Shown here piece after piece: positions 21,854 through 33,984 of a stretch of 64,000 nt of DNA. The position numbers were made by a program, and so were the translations under genes. Source of the DNA: Lophium mytilinum (Eukaryota); assembly GCA_010093605.1 (NCBI GenBank), contig MU004190.1, positions 930,001 through 994,000 of the forward strand, read 5' to 3'. A model generated the notes under the pieces. That model was not told the DNA's origin, made no database searches, and saw nothing but the letters and a program-made list of their open reading frames with translations. The stretch's first letter is position 1, and each line of letters begins with the position of its first letter.

Positions 21854-24800
21854 ATGGCTGGTACGCGAGGTCGGCCGCGCAAAGCAGCCGACTCAACGAA
21901 GAATGGTAGTAATGCTCGTACCAGGAGCTCCAGAAAGACGACTAAGAAGGATGCCGATATTCCAGAGGTGTTTCAGGATATGCTCTCAGAGGCAGCGCCC
22001 TCTGCTAGTGCCGGCCCGGATGAGGACAGTAAGCCACTGAAGAAACGCAAGACGACAAGGAGCACTCGTATTGCCGGACCAGAACCACCACTACCTCCTA
22101 TCACTGCGGACAGTCAAACTACCCTTCAGCGAGATCCTTCCCCGCACACCCAAGATGATTCGGCGGACGAAAGATACACAGGGAACGGGCTGCTACAAAC
22201 AGTTACGGATTACTCAGAAGAATCAGAGGAGAGCGATCTTGAATGGGAAGACGTTGGTATAGATCAAGCTGAGGAAGGAGATCAGAAGTCGGACGAAGAA
22301 CGTCCCATAGGAGACGTTTCTATCATCCTGGGTGGCGACAAAAATGTTCAAAAAGCAAGGAAGCAAGTGCGGCGGAAAGGGGTGACTGCTGCAGAGAAAA
22401 AACTAAGGCTTGATATCCATAAGATGCACATTTTGTGTCTGCTCTACCACGTTCATCTGAGGAATGCATGGTGCAACGATTTGAAGACACAGGTATTTGC
22501 GCCGTTTTATGTATCTGAGCGTGATCCTAATAGTGATTCAGGCTACCTTGAGGAAGTTGCTCAATGTTAAGCTAGTTGAAAAACTCACCCAAGACCCAGA
22601 AAAGAATCAAGGGCAATCATCGGCGTGGTTCCTGGACGGGTTAATTAGACTCAAAGATTTATGGTCACAGAGATTCTCCGTCACAGCTATGGGACTTCAT
22701 AAGCCACAGTGGGCTGATAGTACGGGGGGCGTCCTAGACGTAAGTTTTTGAAGAAAATTCAACAAGAACGCACTGGTCCTGACTGTTCTCATATGTGAAG
22801 CTCAACCAATTCGATGAGCTCGACCCCCCTATGGAATGCTCAGACTTTCGCACCGCGGCGCACACACTTCGAGGTTCTCAGGATCTCGGTGCTCAACTAC
22901 TATGTGCGCTTCTTCGAGGAATCGGCGTAGAAGCCAGATTGGTTTGTTCTTTACAGTGCCTGCCATTCTCCTCGGCTGCTCAAAGCTCTACTCCCCAGTC
23001 AACCTCCAAGATGAACCGCATTGTCTTGGATCCATACAATTCAGACGTATCTCCAAGCAAGCCCACTGTCTCGGCCGCGTCTGCATCAAACGCTCCATCT
23101 ACTCCATTGCCGAGGCGTCCCGTGCGATTGTCTAGGCTTGGACAGTTCTTGACTGGTCGAAAGACGTACGATACCGGCAAAGCTCCTCTATCGCCAAAAC
23201 CCAAGAAGGCCTATCGTACCGCATACCCTGTATATTGGGTTGAAGCGTTCGATTTCGCGATGCAAAAATGGATTGTGGTAGACCCACACTCCTCCTCGAC
23301 AGCCAACAGACCAGATAAAATGGAACCTCCCATGAATTACTCACAGAACACGCTAAGTTACGTGGTGGCGTTCGAAGAAGATCTGTCAGCGAGAGACGTT
23401 ACACGGAGATATGCTAAAGCGCTGAACGCGAAGACTCGCAAGACCAGAGTCGAGAGCACTGAAGGAGGTGCGAAATGGTGGAAGAAAGCCTTGAAAATCT
23501 TCAGAAGAAGGACGACTCTGGACAGAGATCAGGTCGAAGACGCGCAACTTGCGCGTAGAGAAGGCGCAGAAGGGATCCCGCGAAACGTTCAAGACTTCAA
23601 AGGTCATCCTGTCTACGTACTTGAGAGACACCTCAAGCATAACGAGATTATCCAACCTAAAAATCAGGTGGGCAAAATCAACGTAGGAAGCGCAACTGCC
23701 AGTAAAATGGAGCCTATCTACCGTCGACGCGACGTGCATGTCGTTAGAAGCGGAGACAAATGGTATCGTATGGGACGAGAAGTGAAGGAGGGCGAGCAGC
23801 CCTTGAAACACGCCAAACCCCGAAAGGGAGCTCGAAACTCTCTTGGTCCTGATGAGCTCGACACGGAAGACATGGAGGATGTCGGTGTCGGACTGTACGC
23901 GGCAATTCAAACAGAGTCATACGTTCCCCCACCTATTGTCCGCGGCAGAGTACCTCGGAACGCGTTTGGAAACCTCGACATCTACGTTCCGTCGATGGTC
24001 CCAATGGGCGGTGTACATATTCGCGCACGCGAAGCTGCGAAGGCCGCTCGAATCGTCGGGGTCGACTTCGCCGATGCTGTGACAGGCTTTCAGTTCCGAG
24101 GCCGGCATGGTACTGCAGTTATTCAAGGTATCATCGTTGCCGCCGAGCATGGAGAGGCAATTGAAGCTGTCTTGAAAGGAATGCTGCAGGCACAAGAGGA
24201 TGCACGGAATGCTTTACGCAGTGCAGAAGCGTTGCGGCTGTGGAGACGATTCTTCTTGGGTCTTCGGATCGCCCAAAGAGTCGCGGGATACGAAATCGAA
24301 GGGGAGAAGGCAGATCTTCGGGAAGAATTAGACCACGAGGAAGAGCAACTTGAAGAGCAGCAAATGGCTGGTGGCTTCTTCCCTGGGGTTGATATGGGAA
24401 GCATTGATCCAACGGAGGATAGGGATGAATATGACCATGAGCACTTTGGGTTCGATGGGGCTTCTAGTGGTGGATTCATTGCAGATTCAGAGCATGATTT
24501 CGTCCTAGAAAGAGCCAATAGCTTCGGAAGCTCGCTCCTAGAACAGGTCCCAATAACACTACGAAGAGCCTGGACAATACCTCAGCACCAAAATTTGCCC
24601 AAAATGAACCCAGACGATGATGGAGGTGGCTATGTGTCGGAAAATCCGGGTGATCAAGGGGGAGGGTTCATCCCAGACGAAGAAGCTGTTTCCGAGGAGA
24701 GTCGGGACGTTCCTCCTCAACGGCCGAGTGATCCAATGGAAATGGACACAGCAGGTGGATTCGTTGTTGACGATGCATCCAAGGAGCATGAATACAATGC

Positions 24801-25140
24801 AGTCGAGCAAGTGGAGCACGCCCAGCTCCCCGTATCTACAGAAACGATGGACAACATAATGCTAGAAACGCCACAGGCCCATCAACTAGTGGCGCCTCCA
24901 AGCGTGTCCATGATCGCAGAGTCTAAGTCGACAAGCCAACACCCTATTCAAGACATGAGCTCGGTTCAGCGAGAAGAGCAAGCGGCAAATATTTCGCAAG
25001 GGTCAGAACACGCACTGCCCGAACACGCACAGCCCACGGACACCTATGAGCAATCGAGCGATGAAGACCGGGACTCATTGCCATCTGAAGACCCAGAGGA
25101 TGAAGATGCAGATCCGGATTGGTTAGTGTATACAACGTAG
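21854..25140 (+). CDS. RAD4: DNA repair protein Rad4/XPC
   Basis: Introns 22493..22541 and 22740..22800. Transglutaminase-like fold (GSQDLGAQLLCALLR, YPVYWVE, ARDVTRRY); BHD domains (DFKGHPVYVLERHLK, VPRNAFGNLD, FADAVTGFQF). Confidence 0.95.
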
Positions 25141-25276
25141 ACATTTGGATGATATGCATATATCATGAGGTAGACAATGAGAACACTTTGGAGTTTCCGG
25201 AGCTTCTCCTTATTCTTCTCTGGACTGCAGTAATGATGGGCTGGCTTTTGTGATTGCTATAATGTTAGATATAGAT

Positions 25277-25712
25277 GTAAGCCATGGAACTGGGGTAAAG
25301 ATGGCACTGTTCAGATGTACAAAGTAGAGCCAGTCCGTGCGATATAGAGTCCATTTTGGTTTGTTATTGCAAGAAAATGCGAACTGGGCCATAGGAACAT
25401 GGTTCATTTTGGGGGTGATGAGAAGTACAAAGTGGAGCCAGTCTGTGTGATTTGCGGGCGATTTTGGCATATTATTCGAGTAGCCTGCGAAATGGTCTCT
25501 ACACCGGTGTTTTTAGAGAGACATCTTAAATCGGGCCATGGAATTGGGGTGAAGTTGGCGGTGTTGAGATGTATAAAGTGGAGCCAATTCGTGCGATTTA
25601 GGGTCGATTTTGGCACACTATTGGAAGAGAGCGAGGATCAGGCTAGATTTCAAGGTTTTTGATAAACGTCCTAGATTTGGACGTGGATTGGAGGTAGAGT
25701 TGACACTATTAA
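25277..25712. repeat. Degenerate direct repeats (3 full copies and 1 partial, ~110-145 bp spacing)
   Basis: Shared core GCCATGGAAYTGGGGTRAAG...GTAYAAAGTRGAGCCARTYYGTGYGAT...ATTTTGG near 25280, 25388 and 25534, with a partial copy near 25680. Confidence 0.7.
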
Positions 25713-26416
25713 GTCCACAGTGTTTTATTCTTCCCATCATCTCCTCTAGCTAGCTTCTTTCCCTCCTTCATCATCACTCTCTCCGCTTCTAGTATCTTCC
25801 TTCCTGCCACTATCTAAGTCGCCCGCCTCACATCCTTTATAAGTACCCCATCCCCTTCTACACCTCCTTCAAATTTCCATTCCGCTGCATCTACTAAAGC
25901 CTCCAGCGCCATTCAGCGCAACGAGGACATCATCCTCTCCAAAACCCCGCCAGCTTGCCTTGCTTAACGTAATCTTTCGCGTAGCCTCTCACCTCTGCGC
26001 TGCAATGCGCATATTTGTTTTTAAGAAAAAGGGTCCCAAAAAAGATTTCAAGAAGCAAAACACCACCCTCTTTCGAGGTTTCTTTCGATCTAAATCCATA
26101 ATTCTTCAATCTGTCAAATCTTTGCCGGCCACACCTTCGTGGTTGCTATTAAATCAACTCCGTTATCAGCTCAACACTCTTGTGCAGCAGCCCGGCCTCT
26201 ACTACAACAACAACAATCTCAGGCAAGCTCGGCATACCGAATCGTATGCTGGATTATGGGGTAGATAATGGGAAGAACTCTGTAGTCTCGAACGCAGCAA
26301 GCAGCTTCCACAATGACCAGGGGCGATTGGCCTGCATTAGGCCTGATCAATCTCTCCAGGAAATATGCCGAGGGCGTATACCTACTCGCAGTATCATCTC
26401 CCAACCCCTCTTCCCC

Positions 26417-28115
26417 CTACCTAAACCGCCCCACCATCCCCCCTCCAACCAACTCATCCACCACCTCCGCCCTCGCGCTCACCAGCACATCAACCCCGTG
26501 TTCAGCCCAATGCCCCGTCCCCTCCTTCCCCCCCTCCCGCCGCAGCCCAGCCTCCATCACCACCACAAGCCCATCCACCTCCGGCATCAGCGGCTCCACA
26601 TACCTGCACCTCCCCCCTCCAAAGTCAACATCCCACACCCCCGCGCGCACCCAACTCGTCACAATCACGTTCCGCGTGCCCAAAACGGAGTTCCAGTACC
26701 GCGTCGACCAGTCATCAAACGCGGCCTCGTGCAACAACGCCGCCACCCTCTCCTCGTCGAACGTCGCCAGCGCCTTAGTGAGAGCAGTCGCGGTGTCCGG
26801 TAAAGAAAGACCGGAGGAAGAGGGTCGGCCAGGGCCAGGGCTAGGTTCCGGAAACGGGATCGAAGCGGCCGCATGCACGATGGGCGAGCCTAGGAAGTTC
26901 GTAGGGAGGGGCGGGGTCACGCGCGGGCGGAGGGAGAGGGTGAGGGTGAGGTGAGCAAGACCGCTTCGTTCCTTCTTTGCCTCTGTTTCTGATGCCATGG
27001 CGGAAGACTCAGAGGTGGCGCGGGCGTGTAGGAGGGAGAGCCAGATGTGGGATACCAGCGCTGCGTGCTGGCTGATTTTCTCGCCGTTTGGAGTGGAGGC
27101 GGCGTGGATGGCGAGGATTTCGGCGGCGGTGAAGTGCAGGACTACTTTTTTTGCTGGAGCGCTTTGGTCCCATAGTTCCCATGGCGGTGGGATGCCGGGG
27201 GCGGCGAGGGTGGAGTTTGCGAGTTCAGGGGGAGGGGTCATGGCGCTTTGGGCCCAGGAGGGTGCGAAAGGGGTGGGGGCGTAATAGTCGTAGCGGGTTC
27301 TGGAGACTGAGTTGGCGGTGGCGAGGAGGGTAGGGTCGGGGCTTGGGGCGTCAATGTTGCCGGAGGCGCGGTAGGAGAGAGTAGAAGGGGAGAACATGGG
27401 AGAGGGGGTGAAGAGTCTGTCATCGTGTTAGTGTGTGAGTATGAAGAACTTTTAGATCGCAGCTGTGGTACTGGGCTAGGAGGTTTACTTACGGATCCCT
27501 ATGCAAGTTTGCCCAGTCTTTCATGAAAGTGTTCAATGTCTGCGCATCCGCCAGAACGTGTGCCATCTTCACCGCGATGGCCAAGGCTCCACACTCAAAG
27601 GTGGTCAACTGGATAATCATCCCGGGCAGTCCTTCGCACGTGCTGGCATCCACGAACGCAAGATTAGTGGCTGGGAATAATTCGTGGGAGGGAAAGCTTG
27701 CGGGCTCCCATGGCCCCTTGGACCTTTCGGCTGCATCTGGTAAGATTTCAGAGATCGTTGAAGAAGAGTGCGTGACTACAACTTCAACGCCAGGGTCGTC
27801 TGGAGAGCCCCATGTTAGCTGGACTCGCTGGCAGCGATTGGCGTGCCCGAGGGAGGGGTTAAAGGGGGTCCAACAGAGCTGGCCGCACCACTGGGGGTAG
27901 TACGAGAGTGCTTTGCGGAGGCTGGTGAGAATGTTTGAGGGGGAGTAGGGAATTTGGGTAGGAGCATCGTAGATCCAGATTGCACCTGCTGGGGTGAAGC
28001 GGAGGACGGTCGAATCGATTGTTGAGAGGGGTTGGGTGCATGATTGAGGTGGTGGCTGAGAGGGGTGGAGACGCGTTTGGGATATTAACTCTAGGTTGAG
28101 AGTTTTGGCGAGCAT
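26417..28115 (-). CDS. CoA-dependent acyltransferase (BAHD/transferase family)
   Basis: Intron 27417..27492 joins the two ORFs. HxxxD motif HVLADA and C-terminal VDFGGG. Confidence 0.88.
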
Positions 28116-28412
28116 GGTGATGAGATGACGCTCAGTTTGGGTTGAGAAATAATGTCTTCACTTCAACTTGAGAAGATGTGGGAATAGTAGAATTGAGAAT
28201 ATATATGAAGATTGAGGAGAGTGACTCAGACAGATATTCAGGCTCTCTACAGAAGACTAACGTACGAATAGGTAAGACACAACGTCTATCCAGAGTTAGT
28301 GAAGTATTGAGCGGTATTCAAACAGGAGAAAACATGGAAGCGGTCAAACATGTTCGACTCATAATGATGCTGCAAGGGAATTCATGCAGTCTGCTGGAAA
28401 AGTGTGGTAAAT

Positions 28413-28584
28413 TGTGGTACATTTTCGCTATTAGCGAGGCTAGCGTGGTGTTGTGCGGGGCGGGTTGAGCTACTTTAGGTAGGTGGTAGCTCTGATGTGG
28501 TACATTATCGCTATTAGCGAGGCTAGCATGGTGTTGTGTGGGGCAGGTTGAGCTGCTTTAAGTATATGGTAGCCTTGCTGTGGT
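28413..28584. repeat. 83-bp tandem duplication; each copy contains the palindrome TCGCTA-T-TAGCGA
   Basis: Copies at 28413..28495 and 28496..28578, differing mostly by transitions. Confidence 0.9.
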
Positions 28585-29282
28585 GGATTGACTTATCATA
28601 ATTGCCTGACTGCTTGACTCGACTGGTGTACGCCGTAGCTATCCCATCGTCCGGTAAAAACGATAAGGCTGCATCCAATCAAAGCCCGTTGCACCGAGAT
28701 GTACGCAGAAGGGACATCTGAGAATGATGTTCGGGCCCAAGCGTTGCACCTTACCGGACGATGGTATAGTTGTTCACCTATAAACGAAAATCCCCCGCCA
28801 CCAAGAATTGGTTGAGGATTCTGCGTGCAGATGTGGCCACGCTTAAGAGATCTTGGACTAGCGTCTCGGGCCCCCAAATGCTCACCAATTCTCGGTGGGG
28901 GGTGAATATGGGGAGAGCATCGTGGGCTGTTTCAAAATACGTACGGAGTAGTGGTCTGTTCCGTAGGATGACGAGCGATACTGTACGTGCGTAAAATTCC
29001 CGAGGCTGGACGCCCCACGTGTCCGCGTGGAGTCAGCCTTACTCCGCCCCAGGATTCATACTTTAGGCGATCGGCGCTGCAGGCCGCGAACTCGTGTATT
29101 TTTACTCTCTCCTGCGATAACGTGTGGACCAGTCGAACATCCTTCATTGCGAAGTAGCAATTTAACACCGCCTAAGGTGGTTCGGAGAACTATTAGGGTG
29201 TCAAAAGTGTCGCTTTACAATGTTGATATTTTAGCGGAGGAGTGCTACGCAATTGCACATAAGTCTAGAAGAGTGTGTGCCT

Positions 29283-31086
29283 TCATGCTTTTATTCTCGC
29301 TTTCATCCAGGATCCTACTTCCTCGACGCCATTTTTCCATCGCTCTGAACTACTGCTCCCAGTCAATAGCCCCAGTCCGTCTTGCACTTTCAAAGACACT
29401 TTGCGATCTGCGATTTCTTGAGCTTTGGCTTTCAGTTGATCGATTTCTTGGCTATCTCGGGTATCTCGGGTATGTCGGTTCGAGGTGAATTGGTGCGCTA
29501 CTGCCCGCTTCACCATGCCGCTGTATTCAGACGCTTGATCTAGCAGAGGGCTCTCAGACCCAGTCGTGATATGCATGAATGGTAGGTCGAGGTCGAGATG
29601 TGAAGGCGGGAAGCCTCGGTAGTACGCGCGGCACCTTAGTAAAGTGGGAAGAGCGGGTGCGGGGCGAGGCTTGTGGGAGTCAGCTTCAGACAGGATCTCC
29701 TGGAAAGAAAGATCTGGGTCTAAAGAAGGACTGTCATCGTCAGACGTGGGAGGTGAAGACGATGCTAGGATATCTTCGTGTTCTGGATACACTAGCTCGC
29801 CTTTCGGGGACCGGAAAAAGCAGATAGGCGACGCGAACCGATCGAAATAGTCTTCCTTTTTCTTGAAGAACACCTCCCGTGATTGGAGGAGCGCAGACGT
29901 TGGCAGAGCGGGGTTATGCGCATAGTCTTTCCATGAAGACTTTGCCACCTTTGGCACCCGTTTGGGGGACTTCGGGGTAGCTTCTTCTTCCGCCTCCTGC
30001 TGTGCCCACCAGTCCATGAGGCTGTTGTGCTCGTAGGACTCGTCTTGATGGTCATGCCCAGGGCGGGGTTCGGGTTTGATAATTGCCGCAAGCTCATCGG
30101 GGAAGACCCAGTCAACGACGGGATTGTTGATTGCTGCAGCGCCAATTCTGCTGGCACCAAGCTTGCATTCTGTTAGTGCCAGCATTGCTGCAAGTCCACC
30201 TCCGACAAGCTCGCCATACACGCCCAATCGCGCAAGTCTACTCGCGGTGCGGCCATTTGTGGGTCCTGTCGTGGAGGATTTGACTAAGTTGTGGAGGATC
30301 CAATCATACGCTGTCAAAACGTCGTGTACAGGGGTTGGAAACTGATGGCGCTCGGAGAGTCGGTAGTTGATGCGTACTACGGTGCTGCTGGAAGAATCTA
30401 GGAGTGCAGATATAGACGCATCTTCATAGTCGTCTGACTGCCCCGGGAGCGCGAGCCCAGCCGGGAGGTAGATCAGTACCGGCGTGGGCTGAGTGAGATC
30501 TCGGGATCGGTATATGCTGGTGATTCTTAGCACTGATCCGAATAGTGATGCCAGTAACAGCACGATAAATTGCTCGGATAAAGCATATATGCATATCTTA
30601 TAGAGAAAGACGCATCATGTGACTGCGAAACGGACCAATCTGACTCGGCAAGTTATAGAGAAGTCTGGTATAGGAAATCTAGCGATCCCGCAGTGGAGTG
30701 AAAAGCTTGGTGGCCCGCTCGGGTGAAGAACCCCAGAGCAGCAACAGGCCGGGCCAAGACGACCAGGGCATGAATACGAGGCCTTGCTCAGAGTTGTTTG
30801 TGACTTCATCGCACAGGAGATCGACTGGCAGAGACCTGCGATACGGCAGGACTTCGCAAGAGAATAATAGCTGCACGTAACGAGGCTGAGCATAGAGAGG
30901 TGCATGTACTAACCTAAGCGTAACGGCGCCGTTGGACCGACACGGAACCACGACGTTCTCGGGAGCAGCCAACTGGAGTGTGGAGAGAGGACTGCATCGC
31001 AGCGGCGTTGCGAGCGAGCGCTGGCGGCGTATTCGCAGCTCGGCGAAGGCTCGTTGTGCGCGTCGCAGCAGTAAGTGCGACGGCAT
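29283..31086 (-). CDS. Alpha/beta-hydrolase-fold (HSL-like) protein, probably catalytically inactive, with an Arg-rich presequence-like N-terminus
   Basis: Exon 31086..30914 splices across intron 30517..30913 to give NGAVTLS-IYRS...VLIYLPAG. Motifs VVRINYRL, FPTPVHDVLTAYDWI, GELVGGGLA and DRFASP. Confidence 0.8.
30615..30862 (-). ncRNA. Candidate intronic structured ncRNA (H/ACA snoRNA-like)
   Basis: Three hand-folded hairpins inside a 397-nt intron; an ANANNA box (AAACAA) after the first hairpin and ACA-NNN right after the last. Confidence 0.4.
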
Positions 31087-31867
31087 GTGTCTCGCAGTCC
31101 AGCAGGCGTCGCGGGGTGTCGATAGCCGTTCTGTGGTGTTGAATTCACAGCAGACTCCCCCCCCTCAGGCCCCCTCTGCCGTCCCCGTCGCGAATGTTGC
31201 CCCATGCTTGCTAGGCTTGCGCGCTGACTGTCAGGGGCTGGGTGGCAGCGAATCAGCCCTGCACCTAAAGCACCTAAAGCTATGGCGGCAGGGTGGTTGC
31301 TGGTCTCAGCCCGTGTCCAATTTCACCAAGTCCGCGCCCCCAACTTGGAAGAGAAGCCCTTCATTCACTTCAGCTGCACCGCCCGCCAGCTCTTCTTCTT
31401 CCCGTCTATCTTTTATGCCTACCCCTCTGACCGCCCAGACAAACTTTTGCCCAATCTTTTATCCATACTGAGCGCGTGGACTGCTCCTGCACGTCTTCTG
31501 CACAGCCGACTCAGTCGCTCCTTGGCCCTCCCCCCGAGCCTGGCTGCACACTCTCTTCAATACACCCACACCTCGCCCGTGGACCACTGTCTCCTGCGAC
31601 CTCCTAACAACCTAGTTACTACCGTATAATTGATTATCGAACCTCGCTACCGTCCGTCAGAGCCCACCGCGGGGTTTACTGCCGCGAGACCTCAGGCTGC
31701 GGACCAGGCTTCAGCCGCACCTCTCGCGACATTCCGAGCACGAGACCGTCGCGGCCGTTTGACTGAGAGGAATAAGGATACATAGAGACATCAGCAGAGC
31801 TGGAGGGTCTACAATAACACCTATAAACATCGGCGGCAGGGTCCAGTACCCCTAGCGAGCTTTGGAC

Positions 31868-33984
31868 ATGGCCGAGGGACGCAATCGCAAGAGCTTTTTC
31901 ACCTTGCTCAGGAATCTTTTCTGTGCAGCCCTGCTGTATACCGCCATCTTTGGAGTCATATCACTGGCCCGAAACCCCAAACTCGCGGCCAAAGGGAAGC
32001 TTGGGATTCCAGCCTTCCTCGACAAGACGGGACCAGCAGAGCTCATCAAGACCACCAAGGCCGGTTTGAAAGTCAAGTTCGCATCGTCCTCCAAGACGGT
32101 CACCATCAACCCTCACGCCAATGTCTTCAACCGGCCAGTCAGTGCTGTCAAGGCGAAGGACGACTACCTAGGCCCAAGGCCCCATGTCGACACCGAGGCT
32201 GACCTACATTTGCTTGTAGAGAAGTGCAGAGGTACATACATGGGGATAGAGAAGATGCGGAACGTGTTCGACTGCCTCCAGTTCTTCGCCAACGACGAGT
32301 CGGAGTACTACCACCTCCCCGAAGAAACAACCCGAGCCAGCACTCAGGACCCTCGCAACGCCGAATACAACAACGCAGACGGACACGATAATACGCTAGC
32401 TAAGTATGTGACTGTCTCGGACGCCCTCCCGGCGAATAAAACCACTATCGGAACTTGTCCCGGCCCCATTCTGCCATACCACACTTACTGGACCGGACCG
32501 GCCACATGGCGGGTTGAGGCCTTCGTCAAGAGCTATCTCCATACCCAAAATCTAGCCTGCTCACGCCTGTTTATCTGGCTAGACAGTGATAGGAACCCAA
32601 ACGCCGTTCGCGACATGCTCAACAAGGACGCGCTCTTTGCACGATTCTTGCCTCTAGTGGAGCGGGGTGACATCGTACTAATGGCTTGGAAGTTCCCCTC
32701 CCGGATTCCCATACCCAAGGCCAACGACACCATTGATGGAGTGGACTACTACAAGACCCCGTCAAAGCCCAACACCAAGGGCGAAAAAGCTGTCGCTGAC
32801 GGGATCATCGAGGACAAGGATGGTCAGCAGTGGCTCGTGCTTACCCCGAAACAAATGACGTTTCTCCCTGTCGCCGTGTCTGACGCAGTGCGATTCGTGG
32901 TCCTGCACATCTATGGCGGATCTTACTACGACATGGACGTGCTGATGCTGCGAGATATGCGCCCGTTGCTGTTGCCCCAGGAACACTCCTTCGCCGAGCG
33001 CTGGGCTGCGCATCCCCACCCAGGTGACTACAACACCGCCATTATGTCGCTGACAGCCAATTCGTCACTCTCGTCCTATCTACTCCGCGGTGGAGTGCGC
33101 ATGGGTATGAACTTCCATCCCCGAGTCCTTGGAAGGATGGCCTGGAAGGATGGACGAGACCAAGAATTTCTCATGTTGGAGACCGCCGCATTTGACCCTA
33201 TTTGGACGGAATTCAACTGGGACAGGGAAGGACGATGCACAGTCCCGTGCTTGCGAGACTACGGCGCAGCTTTCAAGGGCAAACAGGGCGCGTTCAAGGA
33301 CGAGTGGGAGAGCTACGATGGACCACAGTTAGAAAAGATCGATCTAGCAACAGCTCAAGTCAAGGAACTCCGGTTACGAGACGGTTCAACCAACGAAGTC
33401 GACAGCGCCGCACCAGTACCAGTTATGAAGCGGGATCGAGAAGACAACACCCCCATATCCGCCGCAGCACCCAAACCCGCCGTTGAACCACTAGAGTCCT
33501 TCAGCGCCACAACCGATGAGGAAGCTGAGCTGCGAAAGGCGGGCGTTGTATCGGACTACATTTATGAGGAGGACAAGTTCGCCCCCAACAACCGGACCCT
33601 GGAGAACTTCTTCCGCGGTGCCTGGACCTATCACATTCACAACCAAGTAAGCTTAACTTTCTGAAATCCAGCGCTCATCCCGGCATCAAGTTGCCTTCAT
33701 GTATACCATATGCGCCGTTCGCTGCGAGATTGCTGAAATCCTGCGAGTCTCGCACCGTTTGTTATCTATTCCTATCTTCGCTACCACTACCACCTCCGAC
33801 CAATCATAAAATCCGCTAACATCTCATTTCTTAGTGGCTCAAGCACCCGGAACCCTCCTCGTGGATCTCCATCCTCGAGCACGCCCACGACGGCTTCTTC
33901 GCCGGCACCCGCACAAACATGTACGGCGAGAAGTGGCACGGCCCGCCGCTCATGCCCTACAACTACTGGCCCGAGTTCGTATGA
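31868..33984 (+). CDS. Type II membrane glycosyltransferase, GT32-like DxD family
   Basis: N-terminal TM segment; SDAVRFVVLHIYGGSYYDMDV motif. Intron 33647..33834 leads to the last exon WLKHPEPSSW...TNMYGEKW. Confidence 0.75.

Noticed and set aside
30517..30913. RNase P/MRP, SRP, snR30 or TPP riboswitch identity for the long intron
   Set aside because: A GAAGTC(C)TG / CAGACTTC pairing resembles P4, but I found no P1 helix or room for P3. The SRP, snR30 m2 and TPP core motifs are absent.
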